Source: Candidatus Versatilivorator sp. (GTDB lineage: Bacteria > Acidobacteriota > Terriglobia > Versatilivoradales > Versatilivoraceae). From it: a stretch of 64,000 nt of DNA. Shown here in pieces: positions 9,627 through 19,405 of this stretch. Position 1 is the first letter of the stretch. Each line of letters opens with the position of its first letter. The translations under genes were made by a program, and so were the position numbers. The stretch covers positions 4,384,001 through 4,448,000 of the forward strand of contig OZ242296.1 in the NCBI GenBank assembly GCA_965207735.1, written 5' to 3'. The notes below the pieces were generated by a model. That model saw only the letters and a program-made list of their open reading frames with translations. It ran no database searches and had not been told where the DNA came from.

Positions 9627-10532
9627 ATGCAACCCATCGCCCTGCTGCTGATCCTGATCTCCGCGGTCATTCACGCGGGATGGAACACCCTCGGCAAGCG
9701 GAGCCGCCCCAGCGCCCCCCTTTTCCTGGCTGCCAACCTGGTCGGGTGCCTCTGCCTGCTGCCGGGGCTGGCCTACCATATCCCGAAAATTCCTGCGATT
9801 CTAGCGGAATTGTGGCCGCTGCTTGCGGTCAGCGGCTGCGCTACCGTCATCTACTACCGCTGCCTGGCCACCGCCTACAACTCCGGGGATCTCTCCCTGG
9901 CCTATCCGCTTTCACGATCCTCCCCGCTGTTTATCGTGGCGGTCATGTTCCTGCTGGGAAGGGGCTCCGAGATCAGCCGCGGATGCCTGGCCGGGATCGT
10001 TCTGGTGGTGGCCGGCTGCATTCTCCTGCCCATGAGGCACCTGGCCGACCTCAAGAGCAGCCACTACCTCAGCCGTGTCTTCCTGGCGGCCCTGATGGCG
10101 GCCCTGGCCACCACCGCTTACTCCATCGCCGACGAGCAGGCCTTGCGACTGCTGGTTTCGGGGCGGTTGGGGGCGTTTTCCAACCTCGAGGCCAGCTGGG
10201 TTTATTTTGCCTTGTGGGTCCTCTCCTCCAGCGGTTTGCAGGCGGTGGTGGTGCTGGGCCGCAAGCCGGAGCGGGCTACCTTCCTGGAGCTCATTCGCCG
10301 GCGGGCCCGGACCTACGTCCCTCTGGGACTGGGCATCAACCTGGGCTACCTGCTCATCCTGGCTGCCATGACCTGGAGCCATAACGTCAGCTACGTGGTG
10401 GCCTTTCGCCAGATCGGCATCCCGCTGGGAGCCTTGCTGGGTGTCTTCTGGCTCAAGGAGCCACTTCCCCTCCCCAAGGCCCTGGGCTTGCTGATTCTCC
10501 TCATCGGCTTGGCCTTGGTGGCGGCCGGCTGA
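9627..10532 (+). CDS. EamA/DMT family transporter
   Basis: About 10 hydrophobic helices; SAVIHAGWN, AY..GDLSLAYPLSR, VSYVVAFRQ motifs. Confidence 0.88.
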   Translation: MQPIALLLILISAVIHAGWNTLGKRSRPSAPLFLAANLVGCLCLLPGLAYHIPKIPAILAELWPLLAVSGCATVIYYRCLATAYNSGDLSLAYPLSRSSPLFIVAVMFLLGRGSEISRGCLAGIVLVVAGCILLPMRHLADLKSSHYLSRVFLAALMAALATTAYSIADEQALRLLVSGRLGAFSNLEASWVYFALWVLSSSGLQAVVVLGRKPERATFLELIRRRARTYVPLGLGINLGYLLILAAMTWSHNVSYVVAFRQIGIPLGALLGVFWLKEPLPLPKALGLLILLIGLALVAAG

Positions 10533-10657
10533 AAGAGCCCGGAGAGCGAATCTCAAAGGGAGTGACATTGATCCGGGGCTCTTGTATATTTTGTTTCATC
10601 CTTCAATCGGCAACCTCGACTCTGCGCCCGGGGCGGGGACGGCCGCGGGGAGCTTGG

Positions 10658-13213
10658 ATGGACAGGCCATCGCCACATTCCGGCCCAATTCGGACAGCCC
10701 ACAGGAGGTTTTCAGCAGCCTGCCTGGGTGCAACCCTGCTCCTGATGGCCGGGCTTCCGGCCCGCGCCGCCGTGGACTTCCAGGATCAGGTGTTACCGGT
10801 CCTGCAGGAGAGCTGCCTCCCCTGCCATGATCGCCACACCCGAACCAGCGGCTTTTCGGTGGAAAGCCTGGACTCGGTTCTGTCGGGAGGCGCCCGCCAC
10901 GGGGCCGCCGTCATGCCGGGAGCCCCTGAGCAGAGCCCCCTGTTAAAGGTGCTGCGCGGAGAGCTGGAGCCGCGGATGCCCTTGGGCCAAACCCTTTCCG
11001 AAGACCGGATCCAACTCATCGAGCAGTGGATCGGCGGGCTCTCGGCCACTCCCGGGGCGGACTCGCCGGCGGAGCCCTACTGGGCCTACGTCAAACCGGC
11101 TGCCGGGCCGCCCTCCGAGGTACAGGGCGCGCCCTGGATCCGGAACGGCATCGATGCCTTCATATGGAAACGCCTGCAGGAGGAGGGACTCTCACCCGCA
11201 CCCCCTGCCTCCCGGAGGACCCTGATCCGCAGGTTGTTCTTCGACCTTCTGGGGGTGCCGCCCGAGCCGGCCGAGGTGGAGGCCTTTGTCGACGATCCCT
11301 TCCCCAACGCCTATGAAGCCCTGGTGGACCGCCTGCTGGCCGATCCCCGCTACGGGGAGCGCTGGGGGCGCCACTGGCTGGACCTGGCCCGCTATGCCGA
11401 CACCAACGGCTACGAGGGCGATCCGGAGTACTACCACACCTGGCGCTACCGGGACTACGTCATCGATGCCTTCAATGGGGACAAGCCCTACGACCTGTTC
11501 GTGAAGGAACAGTTGGCCGGGGACGAGTTCTTCGAGATGATGTCGGCTGGAGCGCTGCCGCCTCCGGACCCGGAAAAGGTGGTGGCCCTGACCTTTCTGC
11601 GGCTGGCTCCCTTCACCGAGCCTCGCGGCGAAGAGGACCGGCACGTCCTGCTCAGTGAAATGACCTCCACCGTGGGTTCCGTTTTCCTTGGGCTGACGGT
11701 GGGCTGCGCCCAGTGTCACGATCACAAGTACGATCTGCTGCCTACCAGGGACTTCTACCGGCTCAAGGCCTTTTTCGCCACGGTGCAGATCGATCCCCCG
11801 CGCCCAGGGGACATCCAGCAACTGGGAGGGCCGCAACCCGCCGGATTCGTCAATCCGGTCCGCGGAGAGCGGTGGGAGCGGGAGCGGGCCGCATTGGAAC
11901 AACGGTTGCAAGCCACCGAAACGTCTTTCTCCCTCTTCTACGAACCGCTGCTGGAGCGACTGAAAGCCTACAGGATGGAAGCCGCCCGGGACCGCCTGTC
12001 GTCCCCCGAAGTCGAAACGCCCACCCTCAAGGACCTGAAGAAAGCCATCCGGGACGACCAGGGCTACCGGAAGTTCTCCATGGAAGAACACCGGCGGTTC
12101 TCGGACTTCAGCCACCGCGTTCTTCGGCTCAAGAACGCCATCGAGCGTCGCAAACCGTTGGCCATGTCCTTGAGAAACGCCGACGGTCCTCCCTACGGCC
12201 CCAACGTCTCCACCACCTACGTCCTGGAACGGGGCCAATGGAACCGCAAGGGAGAACCGGTGGAACCGGGATTTCCCAGCGCCGTCGAGGGCCACTCCCG
12301 ACCGGCCCGGATCGACCTGGATCCCTTCGGACGCTACCCGACCCGGGGCCGCCGACTGGTACTGGCAAAGTGGATCGCCAGCCCCGAGAATCCCCTGACG
12401 GCCCGGGTGATGGTGAATCGTCTCTGGCATTGGCACTTCGGGAGAGGCATCGTGGACACGCCCAGCGATTTCGGCAAGAACGGGGCGGCCCCGACCCATC
12501 CCCGCCTGCTGGACTGGCTGGCGCGCGAGCTGGTGGAGCGCAACTGGAGTCTCAAAGCCATGCATCGACTCATGGTGACCTCCGGCGCCTACCGCCAGTC
12601 TTCCCTCCACTCCGATCCCCATGCCGCCCGGATCGACCCGCAGAATCGATTCCTGTGGCGCTTCCGGCGGCGGCGTCTGGAGGGAGAAGCCGTCCGCGAC
12701 AGCATCTTGACGGCCAGCGGCAGACTCAACGGCGACCGGGGCGGACCTCCCGTCTTTCCTCCCCTGCCCCGGGGACTTGACGAAACCCAGAAGGTCCAGG
12801 GCACCAACACCTGGGAGACCATGTCCGACCCCCGGGCCCGCAAGCGAAGCGTCTACATCTTTCAGCGTCGCTCTCTGAGCATGCCCCTGATGGAGACCTT
12901 CGACGCTCCGGTGCCCAACGCTTCCTGCGCCCGGCGGGAGACCTCGGTCTCGGTCCTGCAGGCCCTGACCATGTACGACGGGGAGTTTGTGAACGAAGAG
13001 GCGCGCCACTTCGCCGAGCGGGTCAAGCGCGAGGGCGGCGCCGGCCCTGCCTCCCGGATCCGGCAAGCCTTCCGCATTGCCCTGGGCCGCGACCCCCGTC
13101 CCGACGAGACCGCCGGGGCGCGGCGACTGCTGGAGGAGAGCCGCTCCGGCGAGGGACTGACAGCTCTCTGCCGGGTGCTGCTGAACAGCAACGAGTTTGT
13201 GTATATCGATTAG
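10658..13213 (+). CDS. Planctomycete cytochrome c domain + DUF1549 (PSCyt2) + DUF1553 (PSD1) protein
   Basis: Signal peptide; CLPCH and CAQCHDHKYD; YGERWGRHWLDLARYADT; NPLTARVMVNRLW; PTHPRLLDWLA; LLNSNEFVY. Start placed at ATG 10658. Confidence 0.9.
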   Translation: MDRPSPHSGPIRTAHRRFSAACLGATLLLMAGLPARAAVDFQDQVLPVLQESCLPCHDRHTRTSGFSVESLDSVLSGGARHGAAVMPGAPEQSPLLKVLRGELEPRMPLGQTLSEDRIQLIEQWIGGLSATPGADSPAEPYWAYVKPAAGPPSEVQGAPWIRNGIDAFIWKRLQEEGLSPAPPASRRTLIRRLFFDLLGVPPEPAEVEAFVDDPFPNAYEALVDRLLADPRYGERWGRHWLDLARYADTNGYEGDPEYYHTWRYRDYVIDAFNGDKPYDLFVKEQLAGDEFFEMMSAGALPPPDPEKVVALTFLRLAPFTEPRGEEDRHVLLSEMTSTVGSVFLGLTVGCAQCHDHKYDLLPTRDFYRLKAFFATVQIDPPRPGDIQQLGGPQPAGFVNPVRGERWERERAALEQRLQATETSFSLFYEPLLERLKAYRMEAARDRLSSPEVETPTLKDLKKAIRDDQGYRKFSMEEHRRFSDFSHRVLRLKNAIERRKPLAMSLRNADGPPYGPNVSTTYVLERGQWNRKGEPVEPGFPSAVEGHSRPARIDLDPFGRYPTRGRRLVLAKWIASPENPLTARVMVNRLWHWHFGRGIVDTPSDFGKNGAAPTHPRLLDWLARELVERNWSLKAMHRLMVTSGAYRQSSLHSDPHAARIDPQNRFLWRFRRRRLEGEAVRDSILTASGRLNGDRGGPPVFPPLPRGLDETQKVQGTNTWETMSDPRARKRSVYIFQRRSLSMPLMETFDAPVPNASCARRETSVSVLQALTMYDGEFVNEEARHFAERVKREGGAGPASRIRQAFRIALGRDPRPDETAGARRLLEESRSGEGLTALCRVLLNSNEFVYID

Positions 13214-13226
13214 AAGGAGTTGGACC

Positions 13227-14693
13227 ATGAATGAGGAACACCGAAACCACATCGCCAAGCTGCCGCTGCAGGCTCTGTCCCGGCGGGACTTTCTCTGCCG
13301 TTCCTGCAACGGGATCGGAGCCCTGGCCCTGGCCGGCATGCTGGCGGACGAGTTGCCCGCAGGCACCCCGGAGGCGTCGGAACCTCCCCTGCCTCACTCC
13401 GGGCGCAAAGCCAAGCACTGCATCTTCATGTTCATGGCGGGAGGGGTCAGCCACGTGGACAGCTTCGACTACAAGCCGGCTCTGCAGAAACTCGCCGGGC
13501 AGGAGCTGCCCCCCTTGAGCGGTCTTTCCGGCGAGATCCAGGGCTACCTCAACAAGCCCCACCGGGTCATTCCCAGCGCCTTTGAATTCAAGCGCTACGG
13601 CCAGTCGGGGCGCGCCATCTCCACCCTCTTTCCCCGCATCGGCCAATGTGCGGACGACCTGGCCTTCGTCTATGGGATCGAGGTCGAGAACAACAACCAC
13701 GGCCCGGCCACCATGCACGTCAACACCGGGTCCCAGTTTCAGGGCAGCGCTTCGGTGGGTTCCTGGGTCGCCTATGGACTGGGCAGCCCCAACCGGAACC
13801 TGCCCGGCTACATGGTGATCCAAGACCCCAGAGGCGCCCCGGTGAACGGCGCCGCCGTCTGGGGGAGCGGCTATCTGCCCGCGGCCTACCAGGGCACCGT
13901 GCTGCGCTCCAGCGGCGCCCCCATTCTGCACCTGGACCTTCCCAGCGGAGTGGACCGCGCCCAGCAGCGGCGGGAGTTCGACCTGCTCCACTTCCTCAAC
14001 TCCCGGCACCTGGACCAGCGGCCCGGCGCTTCCGAGCTGGAGGCCAGGATCAGCGCCTACGAGCTGGCGTACCGCATGCAGGCCTCGGCCCCGGAAGCGG
14101 TGGATCTGTCGGGAGAGTCGGCCCACACCCGTCGTCTCTACGGACTGGACAATCCCGTCACCGAGGGGTTCGGGCGCCAGTGTCTGCTGGCCAGGCGGAT
14201 GGTGGAACGGGGAGTCCGGTACACGCTGCTGGTCCACGGCGTGGAGATCAACAAGCACAGTTGGGACGATCACACCAATGTGGAGGGACGCATGCGGAAC
14301 CACGCCGCCGAGGTCGACCTGCCGGTGGCGGGGCTTCTGCAGGACCTCAAGCAGCGAGGGCTGTTGGATGAAACGCTGGTGGTCTGGGCCTCGGAAATGG
14401 GCCGCACCCCTTTCCTCAACGACCTCGAGTCCAAGACTCCCGGCCGCGACCACAACCAGTTCGCCCTGGCCATGTGGATGGCTGGCGGAGATGTCAAGGG
14501 CGGCGCCACCGCCGGAGCCACCGACGAGTTCGGCGTCAAGGCCCTGGAGGAACAGATCCCCCTGCGCGACGTGCACGCCACCATCCTCAACCTGCTGGGG
14601 TTGGACGACCGGCGCCTGACCTACCTCCATGCCGGCCGCTTCCGCCGCCTGACCGACATCGGCGGCCGCGTGCTCCACGAGATCATTGCCTGA
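13227..14693 (+). CDS. DUF1501 domain protein
   Basis: SRRDFL leader; AKHCIFMFMAGGVSHVDSFDYKP; CLLARRMVERGVRY; WDDH; SEMGRTP; GRDH; RBS AGGAG upstream. Confidence 0.9.
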   Translation: MNEEHRNHIAKLPLQALSRRDFLCRSCNGIGALALAGMLADELPAGTPEASEPPLPHSGRKAKHCIFMFMAGGVSHVDSFDYKPALQKLAGQELPPLSGLSGEIQGYLNKPHRVIPSAFEFKRYGQSGRAISTLFPRIGQCADDLAFVYGIEVENNNHGPATMHVNTGSQFQGSASVGSWVAYGLGSPNRNLPGYMVIQDPRGAPVNGAAVWGSGYLPAAYQGTVLRSSGAPILHLDLPSGVDRAQQRREFDLLHFLNSRHLDQRPGASELEARISAYELAYRMQASAPEAVDLSGESAHTRRLYGLDNPVTEGFGRQCLLARRMVERGVRYTLLVHGVEINKHSWDDHTNVEGRMRNHAAEVDLPVAGLLQDLKQRGLLDETLVVWASEMGRTPFLNDLESKTPGRDHNQFALAMWMAGGDVKGGATAGATDEFGVKALEEQIPLRDVHATILNLLGLDDRRLTYLHAGRFRRLTDIGGRVLHEIIA

Positions 14694-14781
14694 CCCAATA
14701 AAGGCGGTGGTCAGCGCTTAGCCCTCAGGAGGTCATGGTGTACAATAGAGAGCAACTCGGAACGACACGGAACGCAACGGA

Positions 14782-15072
14782 ATGACCACCGCTGTTTTCG
14801 ACACTCTAAATGCCGCCCGCCAGCTTGAAGACGCCGGCATCGAAACTAGGCAGGCCGAAGCCATCGTTTCCACCATGGCCAAGGCTTTCGACGATTCCGT
14901 CGCCACCAAGGCCGATCTAGCTGCCCTCAAGGCCGACATAGCCGCCGTCAAGGCCGAACTCAAACAGGACAACGCCGACCTCAGAACCGAACTTGCCACC
15001 GCGGTCAACCGGATACTGCTGGCGCAGCTCGCCATTGCCGGACTGCTCTTTGCCGCTCTCAAGCTGTTTTAG
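14782..15072 (+). CDS. Small coiled-coil protein with C-terminal TM helix (DUF1640/CCDC90-like)
   Basis: FDTL..ARQLEDAG...QAEAIV, ATKADL heptads, hydrophobic C-terminus. Confidence 0.75.
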   Translation: MTTAVFDTLNAARQLEDAGIETRQAEAIVSTMAKAFDDSVATKADLAALKADIAAVKAELKQDNADLRTELATAVNRILLAQLAIAGLLFAALKLF

Positions 15073-15153
15073 CCAAGCCTTCGAGTTGGGGTTGAAGTCC
15101 GACCGGAACGTCAAAGGCCGTAAGCCAAGCGCCTACATTCTCCAATAGTTTTT

Positions 15154-15212
15154 CTTCGTGTCCCTTCGTCGTCCTTCGTGCCCCTTCGTGGATATCTCTT
15201 TTCCTTCGTGGA
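15154..15212. repeat. Decamer-period repeat (CCTTCGTGNC)n
   Basis: CTTCGTGTCCCTTCGTCGTCCTTCGTGCCCCTTCGTGGAT; related arrays at 55467-55505 and a partial copy near 31288. Confidence 0.7.
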
Positions 15213-15258
15213 CTGAGAGCCGACGTTCGCCGCACTTGGCGTGAAATGCGGGTCTGCA

Positions 15259-16740
15259 TCACAGGTCCATCACCCGGTCCACGTCCGGGTCCAGCTTTGG
15301 GGGCTTGGAGAGGAGGGAGATTCCGAAGAAGAGGGTGAGGGAGACCAGCAGGGCGATGGCTCCGGCGTCGATGCGGAAGGGGATCTGGATATTCAGCAGC
15401 TTGACTCCCAGATTGATGACCAGGCTGGAGATCATGGCGGTGTTGGCGGCCAGGGCGGTGGCCCGCTTCCAATTGAAGCCGATGGTCACCACCGGGACCA
15501 GGGCCGCCGCAAAGGTGCCCCAGCCAAAAGCTCCCAGGATGGCCACCAGGTCGCCGGAATAGACGGCAATCAGGGACGCCGCCAGGGCAATGACCACCGT
15601 GGCCGTTCGGGCCCACAGCAGTTCGTTCTTCAGAGACCGGCCCCGCAGGGATTGGGGAATGTCGTGGACGATGGCGGCCGATCCGATGTTCAGGAAGCCG
15701 TCGGCGGTGGACATGATGGCGGCGAACAGGGCCGCGAAGACCAGGCCGGCCAGCAGCGGATGGGTATAGGCCTGCAGAAATTGGGGCGCCGCGGCATCGA
15801 TCCCGGGCAGTTCGGGATGGCTGCCCGACAGCACCAGAGTTCTCATGGCCAGGCCGATGGCCAGCCAGAGGAGCGCGGTCAGCGAATACCCCACCACCGA
15901 GATGGGCAGGGTGCGCCGCACATCCTCCACCCGCTTGCTCATCATCAGCTTGGTGATCACGTGAGGCTGGCCCGAGGCCCCCAGGGTGAAGAGGAAATAC
16001 CAGGAGAGGCATCCCAGCATTCCCACCGATCCCCAGGGGCTGATGGCTTCCGGGTCGTCGGCCCCAATGGTCAGTGACATGCCGGCAAAGCCGTCCGGAA
16101 CGGCGGTGGTGGCCGCCACCAGCACCAGCAGGGCCGCAATCACCATGATGAAGCCTTGAATCACGTCGGTGTAGACCGAGGCGATGATGCCGCCGGTGAC
16201 GCAGTAGAACACCAGGACCGCGAACGACACGGTCACGCAGGCTTCCAGGCTCAACCGTCCGATCGGTGTATTGGCGATGATGTCCTGCAGGACGGTGGCC
16301 ATGGCCAGAATCTGCGTCCCCAGGTAACCCATCACACCCAACAGGATGGCGAGGGAGGTCAGCAGGCGGGTAAGCCGGCTCTTGTACCGGGCGGCCACCA
16401 CGTCCGGCAGCGACACCGACTCTTTCAGCTCGGCCAGCAGGCGAATGCGCTTCCCCAACAGGTAGAAGGAGATGCAGGTGCCCATGGGGGCACTGATCAC
16501 CATCCACAGGGAGCTCATTCCCATGTGGTAGACCAGCCCCGGCCCGCCCACGAAGCCGAAGCCGCTCATGATGCTGGAAAAGACTGCGAAACCGGTGACG
16601 ATGACCCCCAGGTTCCGGCCGGCCATGAAGAAATCCGCGCTGGACCGGGTCCGCCGAAGCGCCCACAGCCCCACCACTATGCAGATTCCCATGTAGAACA
16701 CCACCGAGAACAGGATGGTGACGCCCCGGTCCGTGTCCAT
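15259..16740 (-). CDS. Sodium:solute symporter (PutP/PanF-like)
   Basis: DFFMAGRNLG, SGFGFVGGPG, GG..ASVYTDVIQG, AAIMSTADG motifs; likely start MDTDRG at 16740, overlapping the upstream stop. Confidence 0.9.
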   Translation of the reverse strand: MDTDRGVTILFSVVFYMGICIVVGLWALRRTRSSADFFMAGRNLGVIVTGFAVFSSIMSGFGFVGGPGLVYHMGMSSLWMVISAPMGTCISFYLLGKRIRLLAELKESVSLPDVVAARYKSRLTRLLTSLAILLGVMGYLGTQILAMATVLQDIIANTPIGRLSLEACVTVSFAVLVFYCVTGGIIASVYTDVIQGFIMVIAALLVLVAATTAVPDGFAGMSLTIGADDPEAISPWGSVGMLGCLSWYFLFTLGASGQPHVITKLMMSKRVEDVRRTLPISVVGYSLTALLWLAIGLAMRTLVLSGSHPELPGIDAAAPQFLQAYTHPLLAGLVFAALFAAIMSTADGFLNIGSAAIVHDIPQSLRGRSLKNELLWARTATVVIALAASLIAVYSGDLVAILGAFGWGTFAAALVPVVTIGFNWKRATALAANTAMISSLVINLGVKLLNIQIPFRIDAGAIALLVSLTLFFGISLLSKPPKLDPDVDRVMDL

Positions 16741-17345
16741 CAGCCATCCTCCTCGGGCGATTCGGGGGCCGTCCGGGTGGAGTTCGCCGCCGGCGCGGCG
16801 TCGACCAGCTCCCGGAAGCTGCGGCTGTCTTCCTTGCGGAACACCCAGTCCTCGAACTTCAAGCTGTATACCAGCACGAAATAGAGGGGAAACGGCCACA
16901 GGACCCAAAGCATGACGGCCGTAGGCGGCGGTAGCGACACCAGGAGCCGGGTGGGATCCTTCAGGTAGTCCTGGTAGGCGAGGATCAGGACCATGAAGAC
17001 GGCCAGGAAGAGGACGCCGCCCAGCAGGAGGGCTCTTCTCTTGGCCCGGGAAGAACCCCTGGCGCCTCGCAGGCCAAAGCCCAGACAGGCGACAAAAAGC
17101 ATCAGCTGCAGAATCCCGAAGGCCGTGCCCAGCCACAGGACCTGAGCATGCCGCTCCCCGGCCCCCCCTTGCCGCATGGTGCTCAGCTGCCCGTGCCCAT
17201 ACCCCTGGCTGTCGGGAGGCTCTTCCCAAAAGAGGGCCACTCCCACCACCAGGCACAAAGCCAGCAGCAGTCCGAAAAGGACCCAGTGCAGGGAGTCGGA
17301 GTCAGTAGGGCGGGTTTTGGTCAAGGGGAAAGCGTGCTCCTTCAC
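16740..17345 (-). CDS. Four-TM hypothetical membrane protein coupled to the SSS transporter
   Basis: Four hydrophobic segments; TGATG overlap with the SSS start. Confidence 0.7.
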   Translation of the reverse strand: MKEHAFPLTKTRPTDSDSLHWVLFGLLLALCLVVGVALFWEEPPDSQGYGHGQLSTMRQGGAGERHAQVLWLGTAFGILQLMLFVACLGFGLRGARGSSRAKRRALLLGGVLFLAVFMVLILAYQDYLKDPTRLLVSLPPPTAVMLWVLWPFPLYFVLVYSLKFEDWVFRKEDSRSFRELVDAAPAANSTRTAPESPEEDG

Positions 17346-17405
17346 ACGATTGAGTCTGGTCCTGGCTGGCTGTGCCGCTGATTTCCACTTACGGGGCGCC
17401 GCGTT

Positions 17406-17565
17406 ACCCCCCTCCGGATCGACTGCGGGCTGCGCCCTTGTCTCTCCGACTCCCCCTCAAGGGGGGAGTGATAATTGAGGCCTGCATAAGACGCTTCTAT
17501 CACTCCCCCCTTGAGGGGGAGTCGCAGAAGCCGAGCCGAATGGCGAAGGCTGATGCGGTGGGGGG
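17406..17565. repeat. Back-to-back halves of the same REP/MITE-like family as 5202-5831
   Basis: CGACTCCCCCTCAAGGGGGGAGTGATA, short spacer, TATCACTCCCCCCTTGAGGGGGAGTCG, with flanks matching the 5.2-5.8 kb units in reverse orientation. Confidence 0.9.
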
Positions 17566-17620
17566 CCAACGCCGGGCTACCAGATGCGGCCGTCGCCACG
17601 CCAAGTCGCTTCTACCCCGC

Positions 17621-18394
17621 TCAGATCATTCGCTCCACGTTGCCGCAGACGCTTAGGGCTTGACCCGTGATCGCGGATCCCGCCTTGGAACAGAGGAAGA
17701 GGGCCATGTTGGCGATCTCGTCGGGGTTCACCATTCTGCGAAGCGAGACCTGCCTCAGGTGTTCCGCCTCCAGTTCCTCATAGGGTTTTTGGATAGCCGC
17801 CGCCTTGGCGGTGATGACCGAGCGGATGCGGTCGCCCTCCACCATTCCGGGCAGCAGGGCATTCACCCGAATCCCGTGAGGCCCCACCTCCATGGCCAGG
17901 CTCTGAGTGAAGCCCACCACGGCCCACTTGGAGGCGGCGTAGGGGGTTCGCATGGGATACCCCAGCCGGCCGGCCACCGAGGAAAGGTTGATGATCGAGC
18001 CGCCTCCCGCCTGCTTCAGCAGGGGCACCGCCAACCGGGCGCAAAGGAACTGGCCGGTGATGTTGACGTCCAGAGTCCGGCTCCAGTCCTCCGGGCTCAC
18101 CTGCTCCACCGGCGCGGTGGGGCCGGCAATGCCGGCATTGTTGATCAGCACGTCCAGTCCGCCCATATGGGCCGCCAGGTCCCCAAAGACCCGCTCCACG
18201 TCGGCGGGAATGGCCACGTCGGCCCGGGTGAAGCCCACTCCCGGAAGCTCCTGGAACAGATCCGCGGCCCGGTCCCCGGAAACATCGCACACGTGCACCC
18301 TGGCTCCCTCCCCCAGGAAGGCAGCCGCAATCCTGCGCCCGATGCCGGAAGCTCCGGCCGTTACCAGCACTCGTGTTCCCTCTCGAATCTTCAT
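17621..18394 (-). CDS. SDR family oxidoreductase
   Basis: VLVTAGASGIG, NNAGIAGP, NLSS, YAASK, VNALLPG; start MKIREG at 18394. Confidence 0.92.
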   Translation of the reverse strand: MKIREGTRVLVTAGASGIGRRIAAAFLGEGARVHVCDVSGDRAADLFQELPGVGFTRADVAIPADVERVFGDLAAHMGGLDVLINNAGIAGPTAPVEQVSPEDWSRTLDVNITGQFLCARLAVPLLKQAGGGSIINLSSVAGRLGYPMRTPYAASKWAVVGFTQSLAMEVGPHGIRVNALLPGMVEGDRIRSVITAKAAAIQKPYEELEAEHLRQVSLRRMVNPDEIANMALFLCSKAGSAITGQALSVCGNVERMI

Positions 18395-18453
18395 GGTTCG
18401 CTCGTTGGTTGTTTGCTGAGCCTCTGCCCGCGGTTTGCGTCGGGGGGCTCCGA

Positions 18454-19392
18454 TCACCCGTGGAACAACCGCAGCAACGCCAGAAAGCGGCGGTCTCGCT
18501 CCGACACCTTCGCCTGTGCCGTCTCCGGGGTGTAGTGGTAGATCCCCTCTCCGCTCTTGACTCCGAAACGGCCCGACCGGACGGCGTCTGCCAGTACCGC
18601 CGGAAGCTGCCGGTCGGATCGGACATCCGTCACCAGGTTCTCGAACACGCTGGCGGTGACGTCCAGGCCCGCGAAGTCGATGACCTCCAGCGGGCCGATG
18701 GCCGCCAAGCGAAAACCGATGGTGCTCTTCACCGCCCGATCGATCTCCTCGGGGTCCGCCACGCCCCGGTCCAGCAGGTCCAGGATCTCCCTGAGCATGG
18801 CAATCTGGATGCGGTTGACCAGAAATCCGGGAACTTCCTTCTTCAGTTGTACCGGGGATTTCCCGACCTGTCGCAGCACGGCCAGGGTCGCTTCGACGGC
18901 CTCGGTCCCGGTTTTCTCTCCCGGAACCACCTCCACCAGCGGCACGATGTGGGGCGGATTGAACCAGTGGGTGATCAGGGCCCGCTGGGGACGGCTCAGA
19001 TCCCCGGCAAGCTCGGAGATGGGGAAACTGGAGGTGTTACTGGCCAGGATGGTCTCGGCTGAAACCCGGGACTCCACCCGGCTGAACAGCCGGCGCTTGA
19101 CCTCCAGGTCCTCGGCAACCGCCTCCACCACCAACTCGGCCCCCTCAACCGCTTGGGCTTCGGTCTCACAGACGCGGAAACGGGCCAGCGCCGGTACAAT
19201 GGCCGCCTCTTCCCCGAAACCGGCTTGGGCAGCCGTCCTCAGGTTTTGCTCGATCCGGCCGGCCACCGATCCTCGCACCTCCGGGGACTGGTCGTAGCCG
19301 CTGACCCGGCAGCCCCCCAACGCAAAGGCCTGGGCGATACCATGACCCATGGTTCCCAGCCCCAGCACCGCGATATTTCCGATAGTGGACAA
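18454..19392 (-). CDS. 3-hydroxyacyl-CoA dehydrogenase family protein
   Basis: GLGTMGHGIA, VVEAVAEDLEVK, ASNTSS, HWFNPP, PGFLVNR; probable TTG start after GAGGAG. Confidence 0.9.
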   Translation of the reverse strand: MSTIGNIAVLGLGTMGHGIAQAFALGGCRVSGYDQSPEVRGSVAGRIEQNLRTAAQAGFGEEAAIVPALARFRVCETEAQAVEGAELVVEAVAEDLEVKRRLFSRVESRVSAETILASNTSSFPISELAGDLSRPQRALITHWFNPPHIVPLVEVVPGEKTGTEAVEATLAVLRQVGKSPVQLKKEVPGFLVNRIQIAMLREILDLLDRGVADPEEIDRAVKSTIGFRLAAIGPLEVIDFAGLDVTASVFENLVTDVRSDRQLPAVLADAVRSGRFGVKSGEGIYHYTPETAQAKVSERDRRFLALLRLFHG

Positions 19393-19405
19393 AGGTCGGT
19401 TCTCC

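Noticed and set aside
11192-14678. Long antisense ORFs (724 aa, 551 aa) and similar ones elsewhere such as 61247..63643 and 43667..45583
   Set aside because: Shadow frames of well-supported genes in high-GC DNA, with no family motifs.
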